63,845 nucleotides of DNA from an uncultured archaeon (lineage in GTDB: Archaea; Iainarchaeota; Iainarchaeia; Iainarchaeales; JAAZKV01). Position 1 is the stretch's first letter. Each line of letters starts with the position of its first letter. The notes below the pieces were generated by a model. It ran no database searches. It saw only the letters and a list, made by a program, of their open reading frames with translations, and was not told the DNA's origin. The position numbers and the translations under genes were made by a program. The stretch spans positions 1 through 63,845 of the forward strand of contig CAYWUL010000004.1 in NCBI GenBank assembly GCA_964461205.1. Direction: 5' to 3'. Below are positions 10,331 to 19,405 of this stretch, one piece after another.

Positions 10331-10364
10331 AGAGTTTTTGAGTTGGTAGAGTTTTTGAGTTGGT
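10331..10364. repeat. perfect tandem duplication of a 17-mer (agagtttttgagttggt x2)
   Basis: Read directly at 10331-10347 and 10348-10364. It ends 3 nt before the tatD-like ATG. Confidence 0.9.
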
Positions 10365-10367
10365 AAA

Positions 10368-11114
10368 ATGTTTGTTGATTGTCATGCGCATTTAGATATG
10401 CTAAAAGAGAAAGAATTAGAAAAAGTAATTTCAAACGCAAGAAAGAAAAAAGTAGGAAAGATAATTAGTTGTTCTACTTCTTTTAACTCAAATGAACAAA
10501 ACTTGGAGATTTCTAAAAAATTTGAAGAAGTTGAATTAGGAATTGGTTTGTACCCATCGGATGTAATGGAATTAAATGAAGAAGAAATAGAGAAAGCATT
10601 TGTTTCTTTTGAAATAATGATGAAAGAAGCAATTGCAATTGGCGAAGTCGGATTAGATTATAAATATGCAAAGAGAAAAATTGACCAAGAAAAACAAAAA
10701 GAGGTTTTTGGAAGGTTTGTAAAATTGGCTAAAAAAAATAACAAGCCGTTGATAATACATTCTAGGTTTGCACAAAAACAAGTGATTGAAATATTAGAAG
10801 AAATGGAAACACAAAAAGTCTTGCTACATTCATTTACTGATTCTTTAAAGCTAATGAAGAGAGCGATTGAAAATAAGTGGTTTGTTGGAATAGGATTAAT
10901 ATTTTTAAAAGACGAATTAGTGCAAGAAAGAATAAGAGAAATTCCTTTAGAAAATATTTTGTTAGAGACAGACAGCCCAATAAGATTTGATAGGAACAAG
11001 GCATTTTCTGAAGACGTTGTTAGGATTGCTGAAAAAATAGCAGAAAGCAAAAAAATTCCTTTAGCACAAGTGGAAAAACAATTAGAAAAGAACTATGAAG
11101 AGTTATTTCTTTGA
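10368..11114 (+). CDS. TatD-family metal-dependent hydrolase/DNase
   Basis: Motifs are the N-terminal FVDCHAHLD, GEVGLDY and ETDSP. The 248-aa length fits. Confidence 0.85.
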   Translation: MFVDCHAHLDMLKEKELEKVISNARKKKVGKIISCSTSFNSNEQNLEISKKFEEVELGIGLYPSDVMELNEEEIEKAFVSFEIMMKEAIAIGEVGLDYKYAKRKIDQEKQKEVFGRFVKLAKKNNKPLIIHSRFAQKQVIEILEEMETQKVLLHSFTDSLKLMKRAIENKWFVGIGLIFLKDELVQERIREIPLENILLETDSPIRFDRNKAFSEDVVRIAEKIAESKKIPLAQVEKQLEKNYEELFL

Positions 11115-11649
11115 CAGGATTTTTAAAGCTTTATACCAAGAAAATAAATGTGGTCATATGATCTTAGAAATACTAATAGCATTAATTGTGGTGCTTGTAA
11201 TTGCAAATTTCATTGTCGCTTTTTATCGAAAAAGAGACCGACAAAATCACAAAGTGTGGAAGAATAAAGAAGTTCTTGGAGAAATAGAAGTTGTTGAACC
11301 CACAATTATTAGAAAAGATGAAAATACTGAGATTTCTGTCCCAACAAAAAAAGATTTTTTGGATTATGGAAAAGTTATTGCAAATGAACAAAAATTAAAT
11401 GTTTTAAATAACAGGCTTGGAAATTTAGAAAATGTTGTTATGGGAATTGCAGAGAGAAGCGTTCAAGAAATAGAAGATAAAAATAATGAAATTGATTTTG
11501 AAAAGATAGATTTTAGAATGAAAGTATTAGAACAACAAATTGATGAAATTAAAAATCCAAGAGCAAGACCAAGGACATTTTACGGAAAAAAACATGACCC
11601 AATGGAAGAAACTATAAAGTCATTGGTATTTAATTCAAAAAGAAAATAA
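11095..11649 (+). CDS. hypothetical membrane-anchored coiled-coil protein
   Basis: One TM (ILEILIALIVVLVIANFIVAF) is followed by a charged helical region. The true start is possibly the ATG at 11158. Confidence 0.4.
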   Translation: MKSYFFDRIFKALYQENKCGHMILEILIALIVVLVIANFIVAFYRKRDRQNHKVWKNKEVLGEIEVVEPTIIRKDENTEISVPTKKDFLDYGKVIANEQKLNVLNNRLGNLENVVMGIAERSVQEIEDKNNEIDFEKIDFRMKVLEQQIDEIKNPRARPRTFYGKKHDPMEETIKSLVFNSKRK

Positions 11650-11697
11650 AAAAGTGGAAGCTAAAGAAATCAAGCAAAACTATTAAAGTGAAATTAA

Positions 11698-12201
11698 ATG
11701 TCTCCCAAACACAGCTTTAGAAATATTGCCTCAAAAAGAAAGAACCCCTGTTTTGATTGCGGAGCACTTTGTTGTAGAAATGTTGCAGTGTCACTTGACA
11801 CGCCACGAAGCAAAAAAAGTTGGGATGAAATAAGATGGCTTGTTGCACACAAAAATGTACATGTTTTTAAAGATCTTGAAAATGATTGGCTTGTAGAATT
11901 TTTAACTGATTGTGACAAATTAGATGTAAGAGGAAGATGTAAGATATACAAAAAAAGACCAATTACTTGCCGAGAACATGAACCGCACGAATGCATAATA
12001 AATGGGGCGGAAGATTATTACAAAATAATTTTTAGAAATGCGGAAGATGTTGAAAAGTTTTTGGAAAAAAAGAAAGTAAAACAAAAAAAGAAACAAAGAA
12101 AAAGCAACAAACAAAAAAAAAGAAAAAAGCTACTAAATAAAAAAATACAAAACAAAAAAAAAGAAAAAACCAGAATAAGAAAGCAAATCCCGCATTTTTA
12201 A
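11698..12201 (+). CDS. YkgJ-type cysteine-cluster (CxxCxxCC) protein with poly-lysine tail
   Basis: It has the CFDCGALCC motif and later Cys/His residues (CKIYKKRPITCREHEPHEC). The C-terminal 50 aa are almost entirely K/Q/N. Confidence 0.6.
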   Translation: MSPKHSFRNIASKRKNPCFDCGALCCRNVAVSLDTPRSKKSWDEIRWLVAHKNVHVFKDLENDWLVEFLTDCDKLDVRGRCKIYKKRPITCREHEPHECIINGAEDYYKIIFRNAEDVEKFLEKKKVKQKKKQRKSNKQKKRKKLLNKKIQNKKKEKTRIRKQIPHF

Positions 12202-12975
12202 CTATTTAATATTAATATCCAATTCAATTGGACAATGATCTGAACCTTCAATTTTTTTTAATATTTTTGAAGAACCCACTTTATTTTTTAATTCATTTGA
12301 AACTACAAAATAATCAATACGCCAACCAATATTTCTTTGTCTCAAATTGAACCTGTAACCCCACCAAGTATATTGCCCAGCATCTTTATTGAACATTCTA
12401 AAAGTATCAATATAACCCATATCTAATTGCTCCGTGAAAGCATTTCTTTCTTCAATTGTAAACCCTGGATTTTCTCTATTTATTTTTGGATTTGCTAAAT
12501 CTATGTCTTTATGAGCAACATTTAGATCACCACAAAAAATAACTGGTTTTTTCTTTCTTAACTTTTCGCAATAATCAATAAACTTGTGATTAAACTCTAG
12601 TTTTTCAGGGAGTCTAAATAAACCATGTTGTGAGTTTAAAACATAAGTATTAATTAGATAAGCATCTTCTAATTCAAAGGTTTGCATTCTTCCTTCCACA
12701 TCAAATTTTTCTAAACCAAAGCCTTTTTTTACACTCAAAGGAGGAATTTTCGAGATAATTGCTGTACCACTATACCCTTTTCTTTCAGCTCCATTCCAAT
12801 AAGTTTTATATCCTTGAAAAGCTCCAATCGAGGCTATCTCATCAGGAACATCACCATCATGAACCTTTATTTCTTGCAAACAAAGAATATCAGCTTTATT
12901 AGAATTAAAGAACTCAAGAAAATTCTTTTTCATTACTGCCCTAATACCATTAACATTCCAAGAAACAATACGCAT
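12202..12975 (-). CDS. xth: exodeoxyribonuclease III (AP endonuclease)
   Basis: Motifs are MRIVSWNVNGIRA, LCLQE, GDLNVAH and SDHCP. Confidence 0.9.
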   Translation of the reverse strand: MRIVSWNVNGIRAVMKKNFLEFFNSNKADILCLQEIKVHDGDVPDEIASIGAFQGYKTYWNGAERKGYSGTAIISKIPPLSVKKGFGLEKFDVEGRMQTFELEDAYLINTYVLNSQHGLFRLPEKLEFNHKFIDYCEKLRKKKPVIFCGDLNVAHKDIDLANPKINRENPGFTIEERNAFTEQLDMGYIDTFRMFNKDAGQYTWWGYRFNLRQRNIGWRIDYFVVSNELKNKVGSSKILKKIEGSDHCPIELDINIK

Positions 12976-13033
12976 TACAAAGACAAGTATGAAAAAAATA
13001 TAAAGCTAAGTGTGAAAGAATTCCAAACTAAAA

Positions 13034-13867
13034 TTATTTTTTGGCAACCAAAACAGTAAATTCTCGCGGATCAATATTTTCATCACGGTGTCTTATCAAT
13101 CTTACATTAAACCCTGTTCTCTGTAATAATTGACTAATTCTTTTGGAATCAAAAGATCTTTTCTGTTCTGTCTCAAATCCTGCTTGAGGAGAACCAACAA
13201 TAATAAATCGCCCACCTTTTTTTAAAATTCTTGAAACATCTCTAAAAGTTTTTTCTGAATCCACTAAATAATTCTCAAAGAAAAACATTGAAATCGTATC
13301 AAAACTATTCGCTTTGAACGGAAGTTTTTTTCCACGAATAACTTCATTAACATCTGCTTTAACTCTTCGGTTATGTGGGTTTCTTTCAAGATTTTCAATC
13401 GAAGCATCCAACGCAGTCACATTAACAGGCATTCCAGAAAAATAATTTACTAAACCAGAACCAATATCTAAAACTTCACCCGAAACAAAGGGTTTTATTA
13501 TTTTAGAAATTGCCCTTTGCACACGAGGATTAACAAAAGCATAACCCATTCTGCCAAACCCGTCCCACACCCGGTGCCTATTTTTTCCAACCCATGGGAG
13601 TTTATTAATTTCACTTTTTATTTCCTGAACCCTTTTTCTATTTCCTTCTTTCTTTGCTAAAGAAAGTCCTTTCAAAAGAGTGCTAGCCCTTTGTACAAGT
13701 TGTTCATCATACCTCAATATAGTTCCTTTGGCAGCAGCAGTTTCAACTGCATTTCCACCAACAACTTTAAAATCGCCAGTCTTCGAATTAAATATTGCGT
13801 GTTTTTCTCCCTTCATCGAAGTAGTTGTTTTGCGAGAAATTATTAATTGGTGTTTTATGTAAGGCAT
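13034..13867 (-). CDS. class I SAM-dependent methyltransferase with N-terminal extension
   Basis: It has VLDIGSGLVNY (motif I) and ILKKGGRFIIV, preceded by ~110 aa of unknown function. Confidence 0.65.
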   Translation of the reverse strand: MPYIKHQLIISRKTTTSMKGEKHAIFNSKTGDFKVVGGNAVETAAAKGTILRYDEQLVQRASTLLKGLSLAKKEGNRKRVQEIKSEINKLPWVGKNRHRVWDGFGRMGYAFVNPRVQRAISKIIKPFVSGEVLDIGSGLVNYFSGMPVNVTALDASIENLERNPHNRRVKADVNEVIRGKKLPFKANSFDTISMFFFENYLVDSEKTFRDVSRILKKGGRFIIVGSPQAGFETEQKRSFDSKRISQLLQRTGFNVRLIRHRDENIDPREFTVLVAKK

Positions 13868-13938
13868 AATATATATTGTCTTTTGGAATTTAAAAAGATT
13901 TATTAACTACAAAAACACTTCATAATTAAAGTGATTAT

Positions 13939-14106
13939 ATGGGAATAAGTATTGGCCTGCCAAATTTTCCAGTAGAAGTACTCTTTGGAATAATGGCAGT
14001 ATTTCTTTTCTTAGCACCAATACTCTTTGAATGGAACTGGACAAGTTATCTTGGTTGCTTGTTCTTTGCTACATTAACAATACTCGTTGTCAGAGCAAGA
14101 AAATAA
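13939..14106 (+). CDS. small (55 aa) two-TM membrane protein
   Basis: This ATG-to-TAA ORF falls below the 60-aa track cut-off. It encodes MGISIGLPNFPVEVLFGIMAVFLFLAPILFEWNWTSYLGCLFFATLTILVVRARK. It fills an otherwise empty gap. Confidence 0.3.
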   Translation: MGISIGLPNFPVEVLFGIMAVFLFLAPILFEWNWTSYLGCLFFATLTILVVRARK

Positions 14107-14144
14107 AGCAAACTAATTTATTTAGTTCTGAATTTGATTATAAT

Positions 14145-14591
14145 ATGTCTAAGATAAGAGTTGCTTGTGCAACCATTATTTGTGAAAATGAAAAGATTCT
14201 TCTTGTAAAAGAAAACAAAGAAATTGCTAAAGACAAATACTCTTTGCCTTGTGGAAAACTAGAATTTGGAGAAGAAATAATTAAATGTGCAATAAGAGAA
14301 GCAAGAGAAGAAACTGGACTTGAAGTAAAAATCTTGAAATGTGTTGGAGTATACCAACGACCAGCTTCAAAAGAGGACACGAATACAATATTCTTTGTTT
14401 TTGAAGGTGTACCAGTTAGTGGCAAAGTAACTATTAGTGAAGACCACCCAGAAATAAAATATTTTTCTATAAAAGAAATAGAAAAAATTGAAAAAGAAGG
14501 AAATTTGAGAATAAAAATAACTCTTCCAGCAATAAAAGACTTTTTAGCTGGGCAAGAAATTAGTTTAGAAAAAATAAAACCTATTTATTAA
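14145..14591 (+). CDS. NUDIX hydrolase
   Basis: It has the Nudix box GKLEFGEEIIKCAIREAREETGL. I start it at the internal ATG 14145. Confidence 0.8.
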   Translation: MSKIRVACATIICENEKILLVKENKEIAKDKYSLPCGKLEFGEEIIKCAIREAREETGLEVKILKCVGVYQRPASKEDTNTIFFVFEGVPVSGKVTISEDHPEIKYFSIKEIEKIEKEGNLRIKITLPAIKDFLAGQEISLEKIKPIY

Positions 14592-14620
14592 ATAAAAAAG
14601 TTATTAAAAAATAGAAAAAA

Positions 14621-14650
14621 GAAGGAAATAAATCCTTCTTTTAAAAAATT
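14621..14650. terminator. bidirectional hairpin plus T/A runs between convergent genes
   Basis: The hairpin gaaggaAATAAAtccttc is followed by ttttaaaaaattt. It lies between the NUDIX and ppdK stops. Confidence 0.4.
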
Positions 14651-14660
14651 TCTTACTTTG

Positions 14661-17315
14661 TTACTTATTGAACGATTTGTCTTCCTTATTTATTTTTTCT
14701 TTTAGTGCAGCTTGTGCTGCGGCAAGTCTAGCGATTGGCACCCTGAATGGAGAGCATGAAACATTTGACAAACCAATTCTGTGACAAAATTCTACACTGC
14801 TTGGTTCTCCGCCGTGTTCACCACAAATACCAATATCAATATCTGCTTTCACTCCGCGAGCTTTTTCAACAGCAAGTTGCATTAGTTTTCCAACGCCTTC
14901 TTGATCAATTGCTTGGAATGGATCTCGTGCGTATACTCCAAGTTCAACATATTTTCCAAGGAATTTTCCAGCATCATCTCTTGAGAAACCACAAGTCATT
15001 TGTGTTAAATCATTTGTTCCAAAAGAAACAAAGTCAGCAACACTTGCAAATTCATCAGCCGTTAATGCTGCTCTTGGGACTTCAAACATTGTTCCAACCT
15101 TGTATGATTCTTCTTCTACCCCAAGTTCTTTTGCAACTCTATCAACTAATTCTTTTAGAATTACAAATTCTTTTACTTTTCCAACTAATGGAACTTCGAT
15201 TTCGGGTATTACAGTCATTCCTTTTGCTCGAATATTTTTTGCTGCATTTAGAATTGCGCGCACTTGCATTTCCATTATTTCAGGATAGATTAATGCTAAA
15301 CGACATCCACGAAATCCAAGCATTGGATTAAATTCGTGAAGAGTTTCAATTGTTTCTTTTATTTTTGATACATCAACATTTAATTCACTTGCAATTTCTG
15401 CGATATCTTTTTCTTCTTTTGGCAAGAACTCGTGCAAAGGCGGATCAAGCATTCTAATTATTACTGGCAAACCATCCATTGCTTCAAATATTCCTTCAAA
15501 ATCACTTACTTGGAAAGGTTCTATTTTTGCTAACGCTGTTTTTCTACCTTCAATATCTTTTGCAAGAATCATTTCTCTAACTGCCTTGATTCTTTCTGCA
15601 TCAAAGAACATGTGTTCTGTTCTTACAAGACCAATTCCTTCTGCTCCAAAACCACGAGCAAGTCTTGCATCTTTTGGAGTGTCAGCATTTGTTCTTACTT
15701 TTAATGTTCTAAAAGAATCTGCCCAACTCATTAGAGTTGCAAATTCTTCTTCCATTACTGGATCAACAACAGCCACTTCTCCTAAGATTACTTCTCCTGT
15801 TGAACCATTTAAAGAAATTATGTCTCCTTCTTTCACTTCGTTTCCTTTTACAGTAAATTTTTTTGCTTCTTCGTCAATTATTATTTCATCCGCTCCGGCA
15901 ACACAACATTTTCCCATTCCTCTTGCAACAACAGCCGCGTGAGAAGTCATTCCACCTCTCGCAGTTAAAATTCCTTGTGCTGAATGCATTCCTTCAATGT
16001 CTTCTGGAGAAGTTTCTATTCTAACAAGAATAACTTTCTTTCCTTCTTCTGCTTGCATTTTTGCGTGTTGTGCGGTGAAAACTACTTCACCAACTGCTGC
16101 ACCTGGAGAAGCTGGAAGAGCTCTTGTTACTGCAGAATAATTTGCTTTTGGATCAAATTGTTTATGCAATAGTTGATCAAGTGCTTCTGGTTCTACTCTT
16201 AACACAGCATCTTCTTTTGTAATCAAACCTTCATTCACCATATCAACAGCTATTTTTACAGCTGCTTTTCCTGTTCTTTTTCCATTTCTTGTTTGTAACA
16301 TATACAATTTCTCATTTTCAATTGTGAATTCAAAATCTTGCATATCTTTATAATGTTCTTCAAGTTTTTTTCTTATTTCAACAAGTTCATTATATGCACT
16401 TGGCATTACTTCAGCAAGTTTTTCTATTTCGTTCGGAGTTCTTATTCCTGCAACAACATCTTCTCCTTGTGCATTCATTAAGAATTCTCCATAAAATTTA
16501 TTTTCTCCTGTTGAAGGGTTTCGTGTAAACGCAACTCCTGTTCCGCTCGTGTCACCCATGTTTCCAAAAACCATTTCTTGAACATTTACTGCTGTTCCCC
16601 AATGGGCTGGAATGTGATTTATTCTTCTGTATGCAACAGCTCTTTCAATATTCCAAGAATTAAAAACAGCATCTCTTGCTCTTTTTAATTGTTCAATTGC
16701 ATTAGTCGGAAAATCTTCACCAGTGTCTTCTTTGTAAAGGGCTTTTTGTTTTTCAACTAATTCTTTTAGCATCTCAGTTGTCATTTCTGTATCTTGTTTG
16801 ATATTATTTTTTTCTTTTATTTCTTCAAGTAATTTTTCAAACTTTGCATGTTTCACGTTCATTACAACATCACCAAACATTGTGATGAATCTTCTGTATG
16901 AATCCCAAGCAAATCTTTCATTTCCTGTTTTTGTTGCTAGCCCAGCAACAACAGCGTCACTTAATCCTAAATTTAATACCGTGTCCATCATCCCAGGCAT
17001 TGAAACTGGAGCACCACTTCTAACAGAAACAAGTAATGGATTTTGCGGATCACCAAATGTTTTTCCTGTTTTTTCTTCCATTTTTTTTATTGCACTAACC
17101 ATTTGTTCTTCTAAATCAGAAGGGTATGTTTTTTGATTTGCATAATAATACCTACAAACATCGGTTGTTATTGTAAAACCATACGGGACAGGCAAACCTG
17201 TTTTTGTCATTTCTGCTAAGAGAGATCCTTTTCCCCCTAAAACTTCTTTCATTGATTTGTCTCCTTCTTCAAACATGTATATGTATTTGTTATTTTCTTC
17301 GCTCACCATTATCAA
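14661..17315 (-). CDS. ppdK: pyruvate, phosphate dikinase
   Basis: 884 aa. It has the N-terminal LGGKGSLLAEMTKTGLPVPYGFTITT, the phosphohistidine region GGMTSHAAVVARG and a C-terminal PEP-utilising domain (GTNDLTQ). Confidence 0.92.
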   Translation of the reverse strand: MIMVSEENNKYIYMFEEGDKSMKEVLGGKGSLLAEMTKTGLPVPYGFTITTDVCRYYYANQKTYPSDLEEQMVSAIKKMEEKTGKTFGDPQNPLLVSVRSGAPVSMPGMMDTVLNLGLSDAVVAGLATKTGNERFAWDSYRRFITMFGDVVMNVKHAKFEKLLEEIKEKNNIKQDTEMTTEMLKELVEKQKALYKEDTGEDFPTNAIEQLKRARDAVFNSWNIERAVAYRRINHIPAHWGTAVNVQEMVFGNMGDTSGTGVAFTRNPSTGENKFYGEFLMNAQGEDVVAGIRTPNEIEKLAEVMPSAYNELVEIRKKLEEHYKDMQDFEFTIENEKLYMLQTRNGKRTGKAAVKIAVDMVNEGLITKEDAVLRVEPEALDQLLHKQFDPKANYSAVTRALPASPGAAVGEVVFTAQHAKMQAEEGKKVILVRIETSPEDIEGMHSAQGILTARGGMTSHAAVVARGMGKCCVAGADEIIIDEEAKKFTVKGNEVKEGDIISLNGSTGEVILGEVAVVDPVMEEEFATLMSWADSFRTLKVRTNADTPKDARLARGFGAEGIGLVRTEHMFFDAERIKAVREMILAKDIEGRKTALAKIEPFQVSDFEGIFEAMDGLPVIIRMLDPPLHEFLPKEEKDIAEIASELNVDVSKIKETIETLHEFNPMLGFRGCRLALIYPEIMEMQVRAILNAAKNIRAKGMTVIPEIEVPLVGKVKEFVILKELVDRVAKELGVEEESYKVGTMFEVPRAALTADEFASVADFVSFGTNDLTQMTCGFSRDDAGKFLGKYVELGVYARDPFQAIDQEGVGKLMQLAVEKARGVKADIDIGICGEHGGEPSSVEFCHRIGLSNVSCSPFRVPIARLAAAQAALKEKINKEDKSFNK

Positions 17316-17435
17316 CTCCTAAATATAAAACTGTGATTGCTATACCCTTAAAGAAAGGAAAAGTGTAAAGGTTAATAAATATAAGCTGGTTTTTTTGAAA
17401 AAAAGGTTTTTATTTAGAAATACCCATTCTTTTGT

Positions 17436-17999
17436 ATGCCTAAACCTAATCCAAAAACTACTTTACGGAAAGCAAACCAACGATTTCATAACTCAATAGT
17501 AAATTTTTTAGGAAGAAGAAACCTTGTTAGAAAAAGGCTTGTTGCAAGAGAACAATATTTTAAAAGGTTACAACAAAATGACCCTTTTTTTAAAAAATTA
17601 TTTGATGGAAAAATAGAACATATTTACAACCGCAGAGGACAACCAGAAAAATTTACCGTGCTAAAAAAAGGAGTAAAAAAAATCAAACTTGTTATTGAAG
17701 GATGGGACATGGAAAGTGGCAGTTTTACTGCAATGGAAGGAAGAATGATTTTTACGCTTGATCACTTAGGAAGAGTTAGATTTTTCTTCAAAGAAAATAA
17801 TCGCGGAGCACAATGGAGCGAAGTAAGACAATTTAAACAACTCAGCCCAACTGGATTAGAAGCGAGATTCACAGGAATAGCAAGAACTGAAGCAGAAGAA
17901 GCACGCGAACTTCGAACCCTTATAGGTATCGATGAGAAAAAAATTGATTTTAAAAATTTAAATGCAAATGCTATTACAAAAGTTCTAAAGTTTTTATAA
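17436..17999 (+). CDS. hypothetical basic protein
   Basis: 187-aa ORF with no recognised motif. Confidence 0.4.
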   Translation: MPKPNPKTTLRKANQRFHNSIVNFLGRRNLVRKRLVAREQYFKRLQQNDPFFKKLFDGKIEHIYNRRGQPEKFTVLKKGVKKIKLVIEGWDMESGSFTAMEGRMIFTLDHLGRVRFFFKENNRGAQWSEVRQFKQLSPTGLEARFTGIARTEAEEARELRTLIGIDEKKIDFKNLNANAITKVLKFL

Positions 18000-18005
18000 T
18001 TATTT

Positions 18006-19094
18006 TTATTTTTTTGAACTAGTCTCAGGAATATTATTCTTTTGTAACATAAAAAATACTTTATTTGAAAAAACAATTGCATAATTAAACAAATAAGTAA
18101 AAATTGCTACCAAAATCAATACAGGAATAAATGCAACCAAATCTTTTCCAAAAAAAGCATAGAAAATAACTATTATTGGATAATGGATCAAATAAAGCGA
18201 ATAACTATAATCACTTAATTTGTTAAAAGATTTTGGAAGAGTAATAATATTTCGTGTTGTTAACAATCTATAAGTCAAATAAGACATACATAAACCAAGA
18301 ATCAAGTCTTCTATTATATCTGCATACCACATTGCAAAAACATAATTCTTATATAATACCCACAACACAAACAACCCTGTAATTATATCAAAGAAACGAG
18401 CAACTAATTGGTGTTTTAAATTTTTTAACACAAAAGCTTTTTTTCCAAAATAAATTTTTGAAATTATTGCCCCCATTAACCAAATATTCCAATAAACAAG
18501 AACAGTTAGAATTGGTTCGAAGGAAACCAAATAAGCAATTGTTCCAATAATTCCAACAAGTACTCCTAACTTCAAATGTTTTTCAAATATTACAAATAAT
18601 AAATAACAGAAAATAATTAGTGCAACTGTTATTAGAGGAATGTTTGATCCAAAACCTGTGTATAGAGCACCATACAAAAACAAAGTTGAAAAGAAAGCAT
18701 AGATCCCCATCATTAATTTAGCATAGAGTTCTGGAAAAAAATATGCTCCAATTAAATCAATTATCAAACTAAAAACTAAAGCAAAAGCATATGGGAGATA
18801 TACTTTTGTTATTCTTCTTTTCACAAAATCTTTTTTGTTTAATTGGCGATGCATTTGTGAAAACGCGACCCAGAAACCAGAAAGAAAAACGAACAATATT
18901 ACTGCTTGGTGACCAAAAACAAATAATTGCATTATTGCTGCAAAAACAATTGTAATAATTGTTCCACCAGACAATGCGTCTATTAAAGAAAAAGGCATTA
19001 GAAAGAAACGAGCATGCCCTAAGAAAACCATTAGCGCTGCAAAGCCACGCATCGCATCAAGAAAAACTAATGTTGGTTCCTTACTTTTAGGCAT
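18006..19094 (-). CDS. acyltransferase family 3 integral membrane protein
   Basis: It has the N-terminal LDAMRGFAALMVFLGHA motif and about 10 TM segments. Confidence 0.75.
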   Translation of the reverse strand: MPKSKEPTLVFLDAMRGFAALMVFLGHARFFLMPFSLIDALSGGTIITIVFAAIMQLFVFGHQAVILFVFLSGFWVAFSQMHRQLNKKDFVKRRITKVYLPYAFALVFSLIIDLIGAYFFPELYAKLMMGIYAFFSTLFLYGALYTGFGSNIPLITVALIIFCYLLFVIFEKHLKLGVLVGIIGTIAYLVSFEPILTVLVYWNIWLMGAIISKIYFGKKAFVLKNLKHQLVARFFDIITGLFVLWVLYKNYVFAMWYADIIEDLILGLCMSYLTYRLLTTRNIITLPKSFNKLSDYSYSLYLIHYPIIVIFYAFFGKDLVAFIPVLILVAIFTYLFNYAIVFSNKVFFMLQKNNIPETSSKK

Positions 19095-19181
19095 TACAAA
19101 AGAAAAACTTTGGAGTTTATAAAATTAGCTTTCTGTCCAGCTCAAACGAGATGGGCAAATTCTTCTCTTTTTTAGTGCAGG

Positions 19182-19207
19182 TTTTTTCTTTCAACAGAAA
19201 GAAAAAA
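19182..19207 (-). terminator. hairpin and T-run 3' of tRNA-Leu
   Basis: A perfect 11-bp inverted repeat (ttttttctttc aaca gaaagaaaaaa) begins 7 nt beyond the tRNA 3' end. Confidence 0.4.
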
Positions 19208-19213
19208 AGTGCA

Positions 19214-19336
19214 TGCACGGGAGCGGATTCGAACCGCCGAACGCACTAAGCGACAGGGTATTTCAGAATTAAAATTTAATGAAAAAACTTAGAATTCGCC
19301 TAAACCCTGCTCCTTTGACCACTCGGAAACCCGTGC
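19214..19336 (-). tRNA. tRNA-Leu(UAG) with 39-nt intron at canonical 37/38 position
   Basis: The reverse complement folds as follows. Acceptor is GCACGGG/CCCGUGC with A73. D arm is UCC-GAGUGGUCAAA-GGA. Anticodon stem is CAGGG/CCCUG with loop UUUAGG..A. It has a long variable arm (class II) and T arm GCGG-UUCGAAU-CCGC. The intron is 19260-19298, and its CUAA segment can pair with the UUAG of the anticodon loop. Confidence 0.8.
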
Positions 19337-19405
19337 AATATTCAATAACTCCAAACGACTTTGTCTCTTTGGTAAATACAAATCATTACGCCAAATTTAA
19401 ATACC

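Noticed and set aside
10331-10364. CRISPR array or mobile-element terminal repeats
   Set aside because: There are only two contiguous copies without spacers. I saw no cas, transposase or integrase genes and no repeat-spacer periodicity anywhere in the window.
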